Notes: generated by a model from the sequence alone, not told the origin. 64,000 bases of DNA from Octopus sinensis (GCF_006345805.1 NC_043000.1:19096001-19160000); one strand, 5' to 3'. Shown: positions 37,227 to 46,299, counted from the stretch's first letter. Made by a program: numbers and translations.

Positions 37227-40200
37227 TACACACACAATTAAGCAATAATGATGGCTGGCTGGCAAAATCGCAAATCGTCGGATATGCCTGAACTATTTAG
37301 TTTCGGACCTTCACGTTTAAATCTCGCCTCGTATACTTTGCCTTTGATCCTTCCTGGACTCTATAAAATATCTAACAGTCAAATATTATGTTGATACTTT
37401 GATATTAATGGCATTATAATGGAAAATCAATCATATGGTAAGGAAGGCGTAAACGCAAAGCCAACTATCTCTCATCAACTGGGTAACTCAAGTGTTAAGT
37501 GATACAGAACACCGAATAAGTGTGTTTATGAATTACTAGCTGTATCATCCGGCGTTGCTCGGGTTTGTAAGGGAAATAACTATATAAGCATTTTTAAAGA
37601 TGTAAAGTATAATAGCCAGCTCAATATGGCTAACCACAAAGGGGGGGGGTGTTACTGTAGCTTTTTACGTTCTGAGATTTAATAATACATTTTTAGAGAG
37701 TTTACTTCCCTTATATAATAGCAAAGAAATGCATTTAAAATGGGAAAAAATGATGGTAATTTTTTTTAAAAACCGTAGACTCATCGTAGACGCGCACTAA
37801 TACCCAGATACCCGCTTTTGGTTACACTGCACCGCAAAATGTGGGAGTAGTTAGGAATCTAAATCGTAGGAGACAAACACACAACTTCACTTTTATATAT
37901 AAAGATTATCATCATTTACACTGAATTTGTTGAAATTGAAATTCCAAACTTGAAACTTATTTTTCTTTTTAACGATCATAGCTTACATAGTTTCTAAATT
38001 TGATTAGTAGATTTAAGGGAGGTATATAGTCGATTACATCGATCTCAGTACTTGACTGTTACTTATTTTATCAACCTCAAAATGGTGGAAGGTAAAGTTG
38101 ACTAAAATGGAATTTGAACTCAAAACGGAGGAAATACCGCCAAGTATTTTGTCCAACGTGCTAACGATTCTGGCAGTCTGTTCCTTTAATCATAATTAAA
38201 ATAATGATTTCAAATTTTGGCACAAGGCCAGTAACTTCAAGGGAGGGAATAAGTTGATTACAACGACCTCAGTGTTCAACTGGACCTTATTTTATCGACC
38301 TCAATGTGATAAAAAGTAAAGATGACTTTGGCGGAATTTGAACTCAGATCGTGAAGATAGATGAAATACCGCTAAACATTTTTCGCGGATTGCTAACGAG
38401 CCGGGAAACTGGCCGACTCGTTAGCAATCCGCGAAAAATGTTTAGCGGTATTTCATCCATCTTCACGATCTGAGTTCAAATTCCGCCAATTATAGTTAAA
38501 ATAATGACATATAAAACTATACCTGTTGATTGAAGCACATTCATGATTCCCTCGTAGAAGAAAGAAATTCTGTGGGTATTTCACTTTGTAGGCTAGTACG
38601 AGACAAATGGTCTCTAGTGAGTGACACCCTCTGAAAGAGAATAAATAAGATCTATAGATAAAAAGAAACACAGGGAAAGTTTTAGCAACGAAATGCATTC
38701 ATACCAAATGTCAATAGCAATGGAACTTAAAATGAACAACATGACGATGTTGGATTATTATAAGACAACGAATTGAAAGGTCTGGAACTGTGAGCCAAGT
38801 AGTCGCTGGAACTGAGCTCGGATCTTTTCGGTTTGAACGGCAGTTTTTTTTCTAGCGGTGTCTTATGAAATTGTCACCCATAATTATGACCCTAGTATCG
38901 ATCTATTGCATTTCAATCTGTTTTAGGGTTAGGGTTAGGGGTGGGGGGAAGGGTATCTTTTTTCTTCTGCAGAAATGTAAATAAACCCAATCTGTTTCTT
39001 AAACGAGGGACATATTGATACGTCACAGAATGTTTTCACCTCAATAGACGTCATTGATTGGTTGAAATTGCATAAATTGAAGAAAAACACAACAACAAAT
39101 ATCTTACAAGCTATAGAATTTTCTCAATAAAGCCAAGAGAAAAAGATGTTTTATAAACACATTCTACCAGTATACGAAGTTTAAAAGTGTTTAGTTACGT
39201 GGAAATTATTTTTAAAAACTGCCGTTCAAACCGAAAAGATCCCTGATCGGATCAACCGGAACCCTCGTCGTCGTAACCGACGGAGTGCTTCCATCCAATG
39301 ATTTGATTCCATTGCTTATTTAACTTATCAATGCTTCAATCAACTTAACTCTTACGGGGATACGGAATGTTTGCATAGATTTACTAGTGCCTTAACTTCT
39401 GGTGCTTACAGGTTTACAGACTATGCTCAATTCCATCCGTGTAAATATGAAGCAAATGCGAACACAAGGTGAGTAAATCCAAAAGGTCTGTGAAAGTTTA
39501 GACCACACAATTTATTCATATCAAGGGACAAGACTGCGAAGGATAATTACTGAAATGTAGAGTGTTATTGTCTTTCTCACAACAAAACAATGAATTTTGC
39601 TATTGTACTGTTTAAGTTTACTTAATACCGATACAGAACAGTACTAGTTTCTTCAGATGCAACTGTTTACTTTGTCGACAACTTAGTTCATCTATATAAT
39701 TTACAAGCCTCCCCCACCTCCGTTCAATGGACGGTGCTGAGTTGTCAAATGCACGTTCCCATGGCTTTATCGATCGCATGCGATCGATAAAGATTAACGA
39801 TACTGTGATTTTGCGTCAAAATCACAGTATCGTTTTTCTTGAGGTGATTAAATTTTCAACACGAATAACTTCACATACGAATACTCTCTATTTTGGTGCA
39901 TTTATCATACTTCTCGGATATCATATTTCTTAAATGACGTGCCTTTGATAAAACATGTAATTCCTGCATATTTCTCAGCAATATTCAAGTTTACACATGG
40001 AGAAATGAAAGTTTGGTGTCTATATAGGCGCAGGAGTGGCTGTGTGGTAAGTAGCTTGCTAACCAACCACATGGCTCTGGGTTCAGTCCCACTGCGTGGC
40101 ATCTTGGGCAAGTGTCTTCTGCTATAGCCCCGGGCCGACCAATGCCTTGTGAGTGGATTTGGTAGACGGAAACTGAAAGAAGCCTGTCGTATATATGTAT

Positions 40201-40697
40201 ATATATGTATGTGTGTGTGTTTGTGTGTCTGTGTTTGTCCCCCTAGCATTGCTTGACAACCGATGCTGGTGTGTTTATGTCCCCGTTACTTAGCGGTTCG
40301 GCAAAAGAGACCGATAGAATAAGTACTGGGCTTACAAAAGAATAAGTCCCGGGGTCGAGTTGCTCGACTAAAGGCGGTGCTCCAGCATGGCCACAGTCAA
40401 ATGACTGAAACAAGTAAAAGAGTAAAAGAGTAAAAGAGTATATATTCAAAATCAAAATTAACAAAATTTATAGAAGATATTAACTACTAACCGATCGACG
40501 TAATCCCCGAGGAAGATATAGTTTGCTTTCGGAGGGTAGCCACAGTTATCGAAATGCCGTAGAAGGTCTTCATACTGTCCGTGAATATCTCCAATAACAT
40601 TGACTGGCGCACCAAGTTCTAGTAACATAGGTTGCTCCAAGAAAATAGCCCTTGAAGCCATGCATAGTTGTCGGATTTGGTGCTCTGGTAGCTGAAC
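8641..40697 (-). CDS. PP1: Divergent PP1-family Ser/Thr protein phosphatase catalytic subunit; 9 coding exons found, 5' exon(s) missing
   Basis: join(complement 40492-40697, 38523-38630, 35424-35512, 29017-29087, 27775-27852, 24886-24999, 20955-20993, 10566-10670, 8641-8688) = 858 nt, all introns GT-AG with consistent phases. Translation: [285 protein letters not shown]. Contains PPP motifs GDIHG, GDYVDRG, RGNHE, HGG, RAHQ, SAPNYC and is collinear with PP1-alpha residues 28-298. Confidence 0.95.
8720..9000. repeat. (TA)n-rich microsatellite next to the terminal exon acceptor
   Basis: Direct reading. Confidence 0.9.
9240..10128 (+). mobile_element. R4/Dong-like RLE non-LTR retrotransposon, internal fragment
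   Basis: [16 protein letters not shown] (post-RT), GLKSET.GFIMAA, CRVC..ETIDHVV.IC zinc knuckle, RHDRAA, WNFTIQT..ANRPDII...LIDMTVP restriction-like endonuclease; stops and frameshifts. Confidence 0.85.
10300..10470. mobile_element. Partial piggyBac-like MITE
   Basis: Similar to 14683-14904, with ccggtttgaatgctaaggggt end. Confidence 0.5.
10566..10670 (-). CDS. PP1: PP1-like exon H ([16 protein letters not shown]...CSFKILP)
   Basis: Acceptor ccttttacctttcag|TTA, donor CCA|gtaagt; 105 nt. Confidence 0.95.
10750..11055 (-). mobile_element. RTE-type SINE/LINE tail (family E) with long (CAT)n tail
   Basis: tggatgcccttcctaa..ccaa motif and (GAT)n tail shared with 18320-18562 and 19500-20045. 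Confidence 0.7.
11202..11505 (+). mobile_element. SINE family B2 (same head as B1, different 3' half)
   Basis: B1 head, then ttcttctgttggcctgctc..gaaggctaaaacaatgcg..ggtcggtcacg tail. Confidence 0.85.
11765..12082 (-). mobile_element. SINE family D (tRNA-derived)
   Basis: Homologous to 54013-54350; cttgagcaagacact..ttgctccagtt core. Confidence 0.7.
12161..12690. mobile_element. Two truncated SINE A copies joined in opposite orientation
   Basis: Minus copy 12161-12465 abuts plus copy 12468-12690. Confidence 0.7.
13311..13810 (+). mobile_element. Non-autonomous Helitron-like element
   Basis: A|TC start, subterminal hairpin cccgagcaacgccggg, CTAG|T end, no TSD; internal 102-bp tandem unit. 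Confidence 0.8.
13995..14372 (+). mobile_element. SINE family A
   Basis: Matches family consensus. Confidence 0.85.
14683..14904. mobile_element. piggyBac-like MITE
   Basis: TTAA|CCCTTTAG ... CTAAAGGG|TTAA. Confidence 0.75.
15125..15345 (-). mobile_element. SINE family C (Meta-domain-like)
   Basis: ctgagttcaaattccgccgaggtcgactttgcctttcatcctt..gggtcgataa..aagtacc core; tail ccccttgtgggtagtaaagaaat. Confidence 0.75.
15489..15854 (+). mobile_element. Second Helitron-like family, diverged
   Basis: TC-TATTATATAAAATC start, ccgtccattggacagg hairpin, CTTG-T end. Confidence 0.45.
16121..16507 (+). mobile_element. SINE family B1
   Basis: Full copy; agtgtttata direct repeat on both flanks. Confidence 0.9.
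16650..17493. mobile_element. Tail-to-tail SINE A pair (+ 16650-17020, - 17040-17493)
   Basis: Matches family consensus in opposite orientations. Confidence 0.8.
18320..18562 (+). mobile_element. RTE-type family E element with (GAT)n tail
   Basis: ggttggcgttaggaagggcatccagctgtagaaac..ggacgttaaacgatgatg. Confidence 0.75.
18713..18982. mobile_element. MITE with perfect 44-bp TIRs
   Basis: atatagaaatataattaagggctcctaaataaggatgccaagtg at 18713-18756 and its exact reverse complement at 18939-18982. Confidence 0.8.
19500..20045 (+). mobile_element. RTE-type family E element with internal ~62-bp minisatellite
   Basis: Units start at 19621, 19683, 19745, 19808 (diverged unit at 19554); (GAT)n tail. 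Confidence 0.8.
20955..20993 (-). CDS. PP1: PP1-like exon G ([13 protein letters not shown]), 39-nt mini-exon
   Basis: Acceptor T-rich ...tataatactag|GTT, donor AAG|gtaaga. Confidence 0.93.
21351..23460 (+). repeat. ~1059-bp near-identical tandem duplication
   Basis: gcaaaacaggtgcagc at 21351 and 22410; each unit contains a SINE C copy (about 21718-21905 and 22777-22965). Confidence 0.95.
23765..24420 (+). mobile_element. Diverged SINE A with nested Tc1-type MITE
   Basis: Family A head and tail around an expanded microsatellite. Confidence 0.7.
23979..24109. mobile_element. Tc1/mariner-type MITE (131 bp)
   Basis: TA|CAGGGTGTCCCCAAAAAATGTATACAC ... GTGTATACATTTTTGTGGGACACCCTG|TA. Confidence 0.8.
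24425..24809 (-). mobile_element. SINE family B1
   Basis: Full copy. Confidence 0.9.
24886..24999 (-). CDS. PP1: PP1-like exon F ([16 protein letters not shown]...RAHQ)
   Basis: Acceptor aatctctttaag|GAT, donor CAG|gtaaat; 114 nt. Confidence 0.95.
25105..25532 (+). mobile_element. SINE family A
   Basis: Matches family consensus. Confidence 0.85.
26553..26880 (+). mobile_element. CR1-type LINE 3' end
   Basis: [40 protein letters not shown], stop at 26802-26804; 3' UTR with ttaaggat repeats. Confidence 0.75.
27207..27764. mobile_element. piggyBac-like MITE interrupted by SINE B1 (27288-27612, minus)
   Basis: TTAA at 27203-27206 and 27765-27768; body similar to 14683-14904. Confidence 0.7.
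27775..27852 (-). CDS. PP1: PP1-like exon E ([26 protein letters not shown])
   Basis: Acceptor after a T-rich tract ...ttcag|ATC, donor GAG|gtatat; 78 nt. Confidence 0.95.
28435..28597. repeat. (CATA)n microsatellite
   Basis: Direct reading. Confidence 0.95.
29017..29087 (-). CDS. PP1: PP1-like exon D ([23 protein letters not shown])
   Basis: Acceptor ttctttcaattcacag|CG, donor CAG|gtctgt; 71 nt. Confidence 0.93.
30284..30490. mobile_element. Short interspersed repeat, possibly Penelope-like terminus (second copy 61470-61680)
   Basis: Two ~200-bp homologous copies sharing gtcttttacgtttcgagcctacgctcttc; the PLE assignment is inference. Confidence 0.45.
30931..31313 (+). mobile_element. SINE family B1 inserted into SINE D (30800-31345)
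   Basis: 13-bp TSD attgctccagttt at 30918-30930 and 31314-31326. Confidence 0.9.
31516..31812. mobile_element. Palindromic MITE, ~135-bp arms
   Basis: 31516-31653 is the imperfect reverse complement of 31675-31812. Confidence 0.75.
31928..32306. mobile_element. Palindromic MITE, ~160-bp near-perfect arms
   Basis: 31928-32091 versus 32143-32306. Confidence 0.8.
32814..32917. mobile_element. 104-bp element with perfect 19-bp TIRs
   Basis: aatatggctaacccctaag / cttaggggttagccatatt. Confidence 0.65.
33488..33647. repeat. Hairpin with ~75-bp arms and 12-nt loop
   Basis: 33488-33562 versus 33575-33647. Confidence 0.8.
34285..34690 (-). mobile_element. SINE family C, head-to-tail dimer
   Basis: Two consecutive copies joined near 34470. 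Confidence 0.8.
35130..35328 (-). mobile_element. SINE family C, diverged
   Basis: aaagtcaacctcggtggaatttgaactcagaacg core. Confidence 0.6.
35424..35512 (-). CDS. PP1: PP1-like exon C ([29 protein letters not shown])
   Basis: Acceptor ttcattcatttatag|A, donor G|gtaaga; 89 nt; not in the ORF track. Confidence 0.95.
35765..36269. mobile_element. Foldback element with ~240-bp arms
   Basis: 35765-36013 is the imperfect reverse complement of 36037-36269. Confidence 0.8.
36815..37110 (-). mobile_element. SINE family B2
   Basis: Reverse complement of 11202-11505. Confidence 0.85.
37536..37905 (-). mobile_element. Non-autonomous Helitron-like element
   Basis: Same termini as 13311-13810, reversed. 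Confidence 0.8.
38020..38489 (-). mobile_element. Two diverged SINE C copies, the second ending in a 73-bp inverted duplication
   Basis: Family C core; 38328-38400 pairs with 38417-38489. Confidence 0.75.
38523..38630 (-). CDS. PP1: PP1-like exon B (GCHSLET...[11 protein letters not shown])
   Basis: Acceptor tattctctttcag|A, donor AG|gtatag; 108 nt. Confidence 0.95.
38820..39242. mobile_element. MITE with perfect 29-bp TIRs and internal TTAGGG units
   Basis: ggatcttttcggtttgaacggcagttttt / aaaaactgccgttcaaaccgaaaagatcc; followed by a B1 tail fragment. Confidence 0.8.
40027..40440 (+). mobile_element. SINE family A
   Basis: Full copy. Confidence 0.9.
40492..40697 (-). CDS. PP1: PP1-like exon A (VQLPEHQ...GDIHG...GDYVD-R)
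   Basis: Acceptor tttctgtttctag|GTT, donor CG|gttagt; 206 nt; overlaps ORF 40458..40661. Confidence 0.95.
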
Positions 40698-40855
40698 CTA
40701 GAAACAGAAATACAATAATTAATACTGACTCTTACCTATCATCGTTATCGTTACTGTTGATACCCAGGGTGTAGTATCGGGGTGCTGTTGCAAAATGAAG
40801 ATGACACTGGACGAATTTAATGAGACGGATGAAAAGAGGCATAAAGAAAGGCATA

Positions 40856-41246
40856 GGCGCAGGAGTGGCTGCGTGGTAAGTAGCTTGCTAACCAACCACA
40901 TGGTTCCGGGTTCAGTCCCACTGCGTGGCATCTTGGGCAAGTGTTTTCTGCTATAGCCCCGGGCCGACCAATGCCTTGTGAGTGAATTTGGTAGACGGAA
41001 ACTGAAAGAAGCCTGTCGTATATATGTATATATATATGTGTGTTTGTGTGTCTGTGTTTGTCCCCCTAGCATTGCTTGACAACCGATGCTGGTGTGTTTA
41101 CGTCCCCGTCACTTAGCGGCTCGGCAAAAAGAGACCGATAGAATAAGTACTGGGCTTACAAAGAATAAGTCCCGGAGTCGATTTGCTCGACTAAAGGCAG
41201 TGCTCCAGCATGGCCGCAGTCAAATGACTGAAACAAGTAAAAGAGT
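40856..41246 (+). mobile_element. SINE family A
   Basis: Full copy. Confidence 0.9.
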
Positions 41247-41281
41247 TAATGATGTTAGTTAATTACAGGCAAGGTTTAAAG

Positions 41282-41596
41282 CAGTGATTCTCAACCGGGA
41301 TCCATATGACCCCCCCCCCAAGGATCCATATAAAATTTTTGGGGGTCCATGCAACAAAATAATAAACTGGGTATCGACAATAGTATTTTAATGGCCCCTG
41401 AAAAAATTGTTGCTTTAGATGTATGTATTGCAAGAGATTGCTAGGTTTCTGTTTCTAACATCTCACAGACAAAATAGGAATTTTGAAAGAAGTTTCTATA
41501 AAACTAGTTGTTAAACATCGAATGCAAATGAGGGGCCACCAGAAAAAAATAGCAGTCAGAGAAAGTCCATAGATGAAAAATGGCCGTGAATCCCTG
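41282..41596. mobile_element. hAT-like MITE
   Basis: CAGTGATTCTCAACC start, degenerate right end, 8-bp near-TSD gtttaaag/ctttaaag. Confidence 0.55.
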
Positions 41597-42699
41597 CTTT
41601 AAAGTATTTACTAAGATATTATGTTGCCCCAAATTATTAATTCAAGCACCAATGGTTGAAAATTCAGAAAATTTCCAATAACATAACGTTTATTGATTCC
41701 AATTTTAAAATGTCAAAAGCCCCTAAACGCTTCAAGTATATCCCTTGAGTGTTAAATATTTTACACAGATATATAATGCATATTTTATTATAAGTATTTG
41801 TATGAACATTTGCTTATCATATTCCTATGGTGTTTGTATCTATGAATGTGTGTGGATTACAGCCAAAAGGGCCGGATGATTATTGGTGAACAAAGACCGA
41901 TAATTGCAGAATTTGTAAAACTGACTCACAAGTAAGCTGTAAAACTAGAGCTAGAGTATGTTGCAAGAAACGTCTGAAAGAAAAATGTCAGGACATCGCA
42001 GCAACCTATGAAAGGGGACAAGACTAGGAAATATCAGTGGAAGTAAAGAAAAGAGACCAGCTTCTATACTTTACACAAGTACAATAGATAAGCATATCGC
42101 ACCAATAAACAATACTGAAATAAAATCCAGTCCGAAGACCCACGCAATTCGATGTTCTGACAGACAGGTTACCCACGCAGGTCATATGGGAAAAAAACAA
42201 GACTCCCTTCTCTCAACAGAAAGAATGACAGGGATAACAACATCCCTATCACCACACGTGTATGTGTGTATGAGAAAGAGAGAGAGAGAGACAGATAGAC
42301 AAAGAGAGAGAAAGGAAGAAAGGGAAAAGAAGAAGAAGAAGAATAAGAAGAAGAAGAAGAAGAGAGAGAGAGAGAGGGTGTGGACAGAAAAAAAGAACGG
42401 TGAGAATATGTGCGTACAGGTAGGCAGATAGATATCTATTGACCGCACATCGAAAGTAATGAAAAGTAACCCCCAAACTGCGCACACCTGTGTATTTATG
42501 TGTTGCTGGCGACAAAAGAGAAAGTCCGAAGCTTTCTAACAAAGTCTCTTGTAATAGTTGTTCTGCGCCGAGTTAGATACAATTCTTCGTCACCCTCACC
42601 GTCAGAAATGCATCCAACAAGTGTTTGGCCCGTTGGGGACTTATAACTTACGATGCTATTGTCTATCAGTAGTAGTATAAAATATACTTATTGTATAGC

Positions 42700-42902
42700 G
42701 CGCCGGGCGAAATGCTTAGCGGTATTTCGTCTGTCGTTACGTTCTGAGTTCAAATTCCGCCGAGGTCGACTTTGCCTTTCATCCTTTCGGGGTCGATAAA
42801 TAAGGTACCAGTTTCACACTGGGGTCGATGTAATCGACTTAATCCGTTTGTCTGTCCTTGTTTGTCCCCTCTGTGTTTAGCCCCTTGTGGGCAATAAAGA
42901 AA
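42700..42902 (+). mobile_element. SINE family C, complete 3' tail
   Basis: Core plus tail ctctgtgtttagccccttgtgggcaataaagaaat. Confidence 0.85.
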
Positions 42903-42945
<43 letters not shown>

Positions 42946-43008
42946 CTGTCCGTCTGTCTGTCTGTCTTTCTCTCTCACTCCCTCTCTCTATATATACATA
43001 CATACATA

Positions 43009-43044
<36 letters not shown>

Positions 43045-43749
43045 TGTATGTATGTATGTATGTATGTATGTGTGTGAGTGTGTGTATGTATGCATATGTA
43101 TATGGACACACACACATACATAGACACATGTGTTTGTATATATATAGGTATGTAGATAGATCAGAAATATACAAACATAAAATGTGAAATAAATAACCGT
43201 CACCCAATATTCTCACCAGTAAAAGATTTGGTTTGATTTTGTGCCAAGGTCAGTAATCCATATTTACTTAGGAAAGGGTGGAGCGTAAGCGCACACTCTG
43301 GAGCATTAGATTAAATATAATACATTACAGCATTCAATTAGGTCTAACATACGTTCTGAGTTCGAATTCTGCCAGGATCGATAAATTACGTATCAATTAC
43401 ATGATGGGTCCAATTTAATCAGTTTTACACGTTTCGTTTGTGGAAACTGGCCACTTGCCTAACCACACATACACAAACGCACACGCACACACACACACAC
43501 ACACGCACGCGCGCTCACACAATGCTCTATCACACACATACACGTACACACGCCAGAAGCCAAGAACAGAAGGGAAGACAAAACGTTGGCATCATGAAGG
43601 AATACTTCTGTATGACTTTGGTCGTGCGATAGCTTTAACAACTAAAGGTAAAATCTGAAGAATTGAAGGTTGTAAAGCTATATAAAACCATTGAACCTTT
43701 TCCCTACTGCTGAATTCACTTCATTTTATTCACCAACCTAAACTATTTA

Positions 43750-44142
43750 TCTCTCTCTATATAAAGCTGAAGTTGTCTGTGTATGGCAGGTTTGGTAGCC
43801 TTCAACTAACACTATCTCCTCCGAGACCCTGCGGCGCAAGTTGACCAAAATTGAGAGTATGATAGAAGAAGGCTTGCTCTTCCATCCGTAGAAGTAAAAA
43901 TTCAAATCGGACCATGTTAAGACGAAAAATTATTTACATCAAAAAGGTGCTCTTTTCCTATGAATATCCCTATTTTTTAACGATCTTTTGATTGCAGTGT
44001 CGCCATTTTTCGGTGTATTTCAACGAGAAAAATGTTCACTTAAAGAGAATAACAAGCTACATAATGCAAAATATTTACTTTTCAAAAATTCCAATTCTAA
44101 ATGGTCGAAACAAACCCGAGCAACGCTGGGCGATGCTGCTAG
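43750..44142 (+). mobile_element. Non-autonomous Helitron-like element
   Basis: A|TC start, cccgagcaacgctggg hairpin, CTAG|T end. Confidence 0.75.
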
Positions 44143-44644
44143 TTAGAAATATGCAGATCTTGGAGAAAAATGACGTCCCGCTCGGACATGAAGTTTGGAT
44201 TATTCTTAGTTCGAAAGCCAGGAACTTTTCAGCACCCCTTCCTATGACGCATGGACGCCTGGGAAATATCTCCTGTACATTACATGTCCTACACAGGACA
44301 AGAAAATTTTTAAGCTGCTGTTGTTCTTTCTCACAATTTCTTTCACATCACCAAATTATCATTCGAAACCCAGTAGATGTATTCCTCACCAGCTTTATGA
44401 TGTACTCCACATGTGCTCCTTTTGTTAATTCAGTTTATTTGGAAACTAGGTGTCTTTTCTTCAGGGCTTTTGAGGCATTTTAGCCACCACAAGACTACAA
44501 CGAAAAGACTACTCAAATGTAGTACCATTGTATCGAAAATTCAAATGTTCTCATACGTTTAAAACAAATAACTGACGCATCCTCTAACTCAAGATGAAAA
44601 TGAAGAAACCTTTCTATTAGCCAAATTTTCAACATTAAGTAAAC

Positions 44645-44716
<72 letters not shown>

Positions 44717-45173
44717 AGAGAGGGAGAAAGATAAATGTAGGGATCAGAAACTCTCCCAACGATAGACCTTGTTAAGGACCCCAGTGAAACGCTTCTTGGT
44801 TTCTATCAACTAACAGATAGCAATGCAAATATACAAAAAAGCTGAAGTTCGTGTAGTGCAGAACAGTGGTTGTCCTGCAACAGTGTGGATATCATTAATT
44901 CCTAATATGTTCAGCGTATCAGGTAGCCCTCCCACATAAGACATAGATCGCTTAGGGTTAGGGTTGAACTATCTGGCTACTTCAGTCTCCATTTGTGGAG
45001 ATGTGGAGTACATCATAAAGCTGGTGAGGAATACATCTACTGGATTTCGAATGCCAATTTGGTGATGTGAAAGAAACTGCGAGAAAGAACAACAGCAGCA
45101 GCTTAAAACTTTTCCTGTCCTGTGTAGGATATGTAAAGCAGAGGAGATATTTCCCAGACGTCCATGCGTCATA

Positions 45174-45766
45174 GGAAGGGGTGCTGAATAGTTCCTGGAT
45201 TTAAGGGTCGCGAAAGGCCGTCCGAGTTCTTTTACAAGACTTAGAAAAACTGAAGGACTGCTGTAAAAAGTGAATGAATTTGGGAGGGTAACATGTTGAA
45301 TAGAATCGCAGGAGTGGCTGTGTGGTAAGTAGCTTGTTTACAAACCACATGCTTCCGGGTTCAGTCTCACTGCGTGGTACTATAGCCTTCTACTATAGCC
45401 TCGGGCCGACCAAAGCCTTGTGAGTGGATTTGGTAGACGGAAACTGAAAAGAAGCCCGTCGTATATATGTATATGTATATATATATGTGTATGTGTGTTT
45501 GTGTGTCTGTGTTTGTCCCCCAAAATCGCTTGATAACCGATGCTGGTGTGTTTACGTCCCCGTAACATAGCGGTTCGGCAAAATAGACCGATAGAATAAG
45601 TACTAGGCTTACAAAGAATAAGTCCTGGGGTCGAATTGCTCGACTAAAGGCGTTGCTCCAGCATGGCCGCAGTCAAATGACTGAAGCAAGTAAAAGAGTA
45701 AGAGAGTAACTGACCCTCCTATATATTCTTTTACTCAAAGCCAGGAACTTTTCGGTACACCCTCCT
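45174..45766. mobile_element. Mariner-derived MITE interrupted by SINE A (45307-45708, +)
   Basis: TIR ggggtgctgaatagttcctgg / ccaggaacttttcggtacacc; related fragment near 57735-57885. Confidence 0.6.
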
Positions 45767-45789
45767 ATATGATACACATATCCATTGTT

Positions 45790-46190
45790 TTTCAACCACC
45801 AGAATAACCTGGGGCTTATGAAAGGAATACTTTAAACTAGTCGAAACTTATGGAACAAAGATTAACTAAAAGTCTGAAAAGAAGCATAGAAGTTCCGGAC
45901 ATACTTCTGAAAATGCTTTGGACAACCAAATAGTTAAAGACTCATCAGCCCTACTGAAGATTAATAAATTTATATCACGCCACAGCTTCTGGCTGAAGCC
46001 CTGAATAATCTAACGAAGAAACCCCTGAGAGTGATTCAACTTCTAGAAATAAAAATTAAATCGCCCTCAAATTCCAACATACCGTCTTTAAAAAAGAACA
46101 CTTTGGATTCTATGGTGTCTCATACCACGCACACTGGAAAGAGAAGCGATGGTCACAGCAGATCAGGCCTGACCTGCAGTTAAGCGTCAA
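45790..46190 (+). mobile_element. Possible old RTE LINE 3' remnant
   Basis: FGFYG..KEKRWSQQIRPDL weakly resembles RTE C-terminal motifs; many stops. Confidence 0.3.
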
Positions 46191-46299
46191 AAACAAGGCA
46201 CTGCAGGAGCCAACGATGGAGTTTCTACGTTACCTTTCCAGCTGCTAGAAATAACAATCAAATCTCTATCAGATGATACGTCACTATCATGTAAAGTAG

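Noticed and set aside
40698-40735. GTAAG donor 38 nt upstream of the exon A acceptor
   Set aside because: The intron would be too short and the upstream frame does not join the PP1 frame
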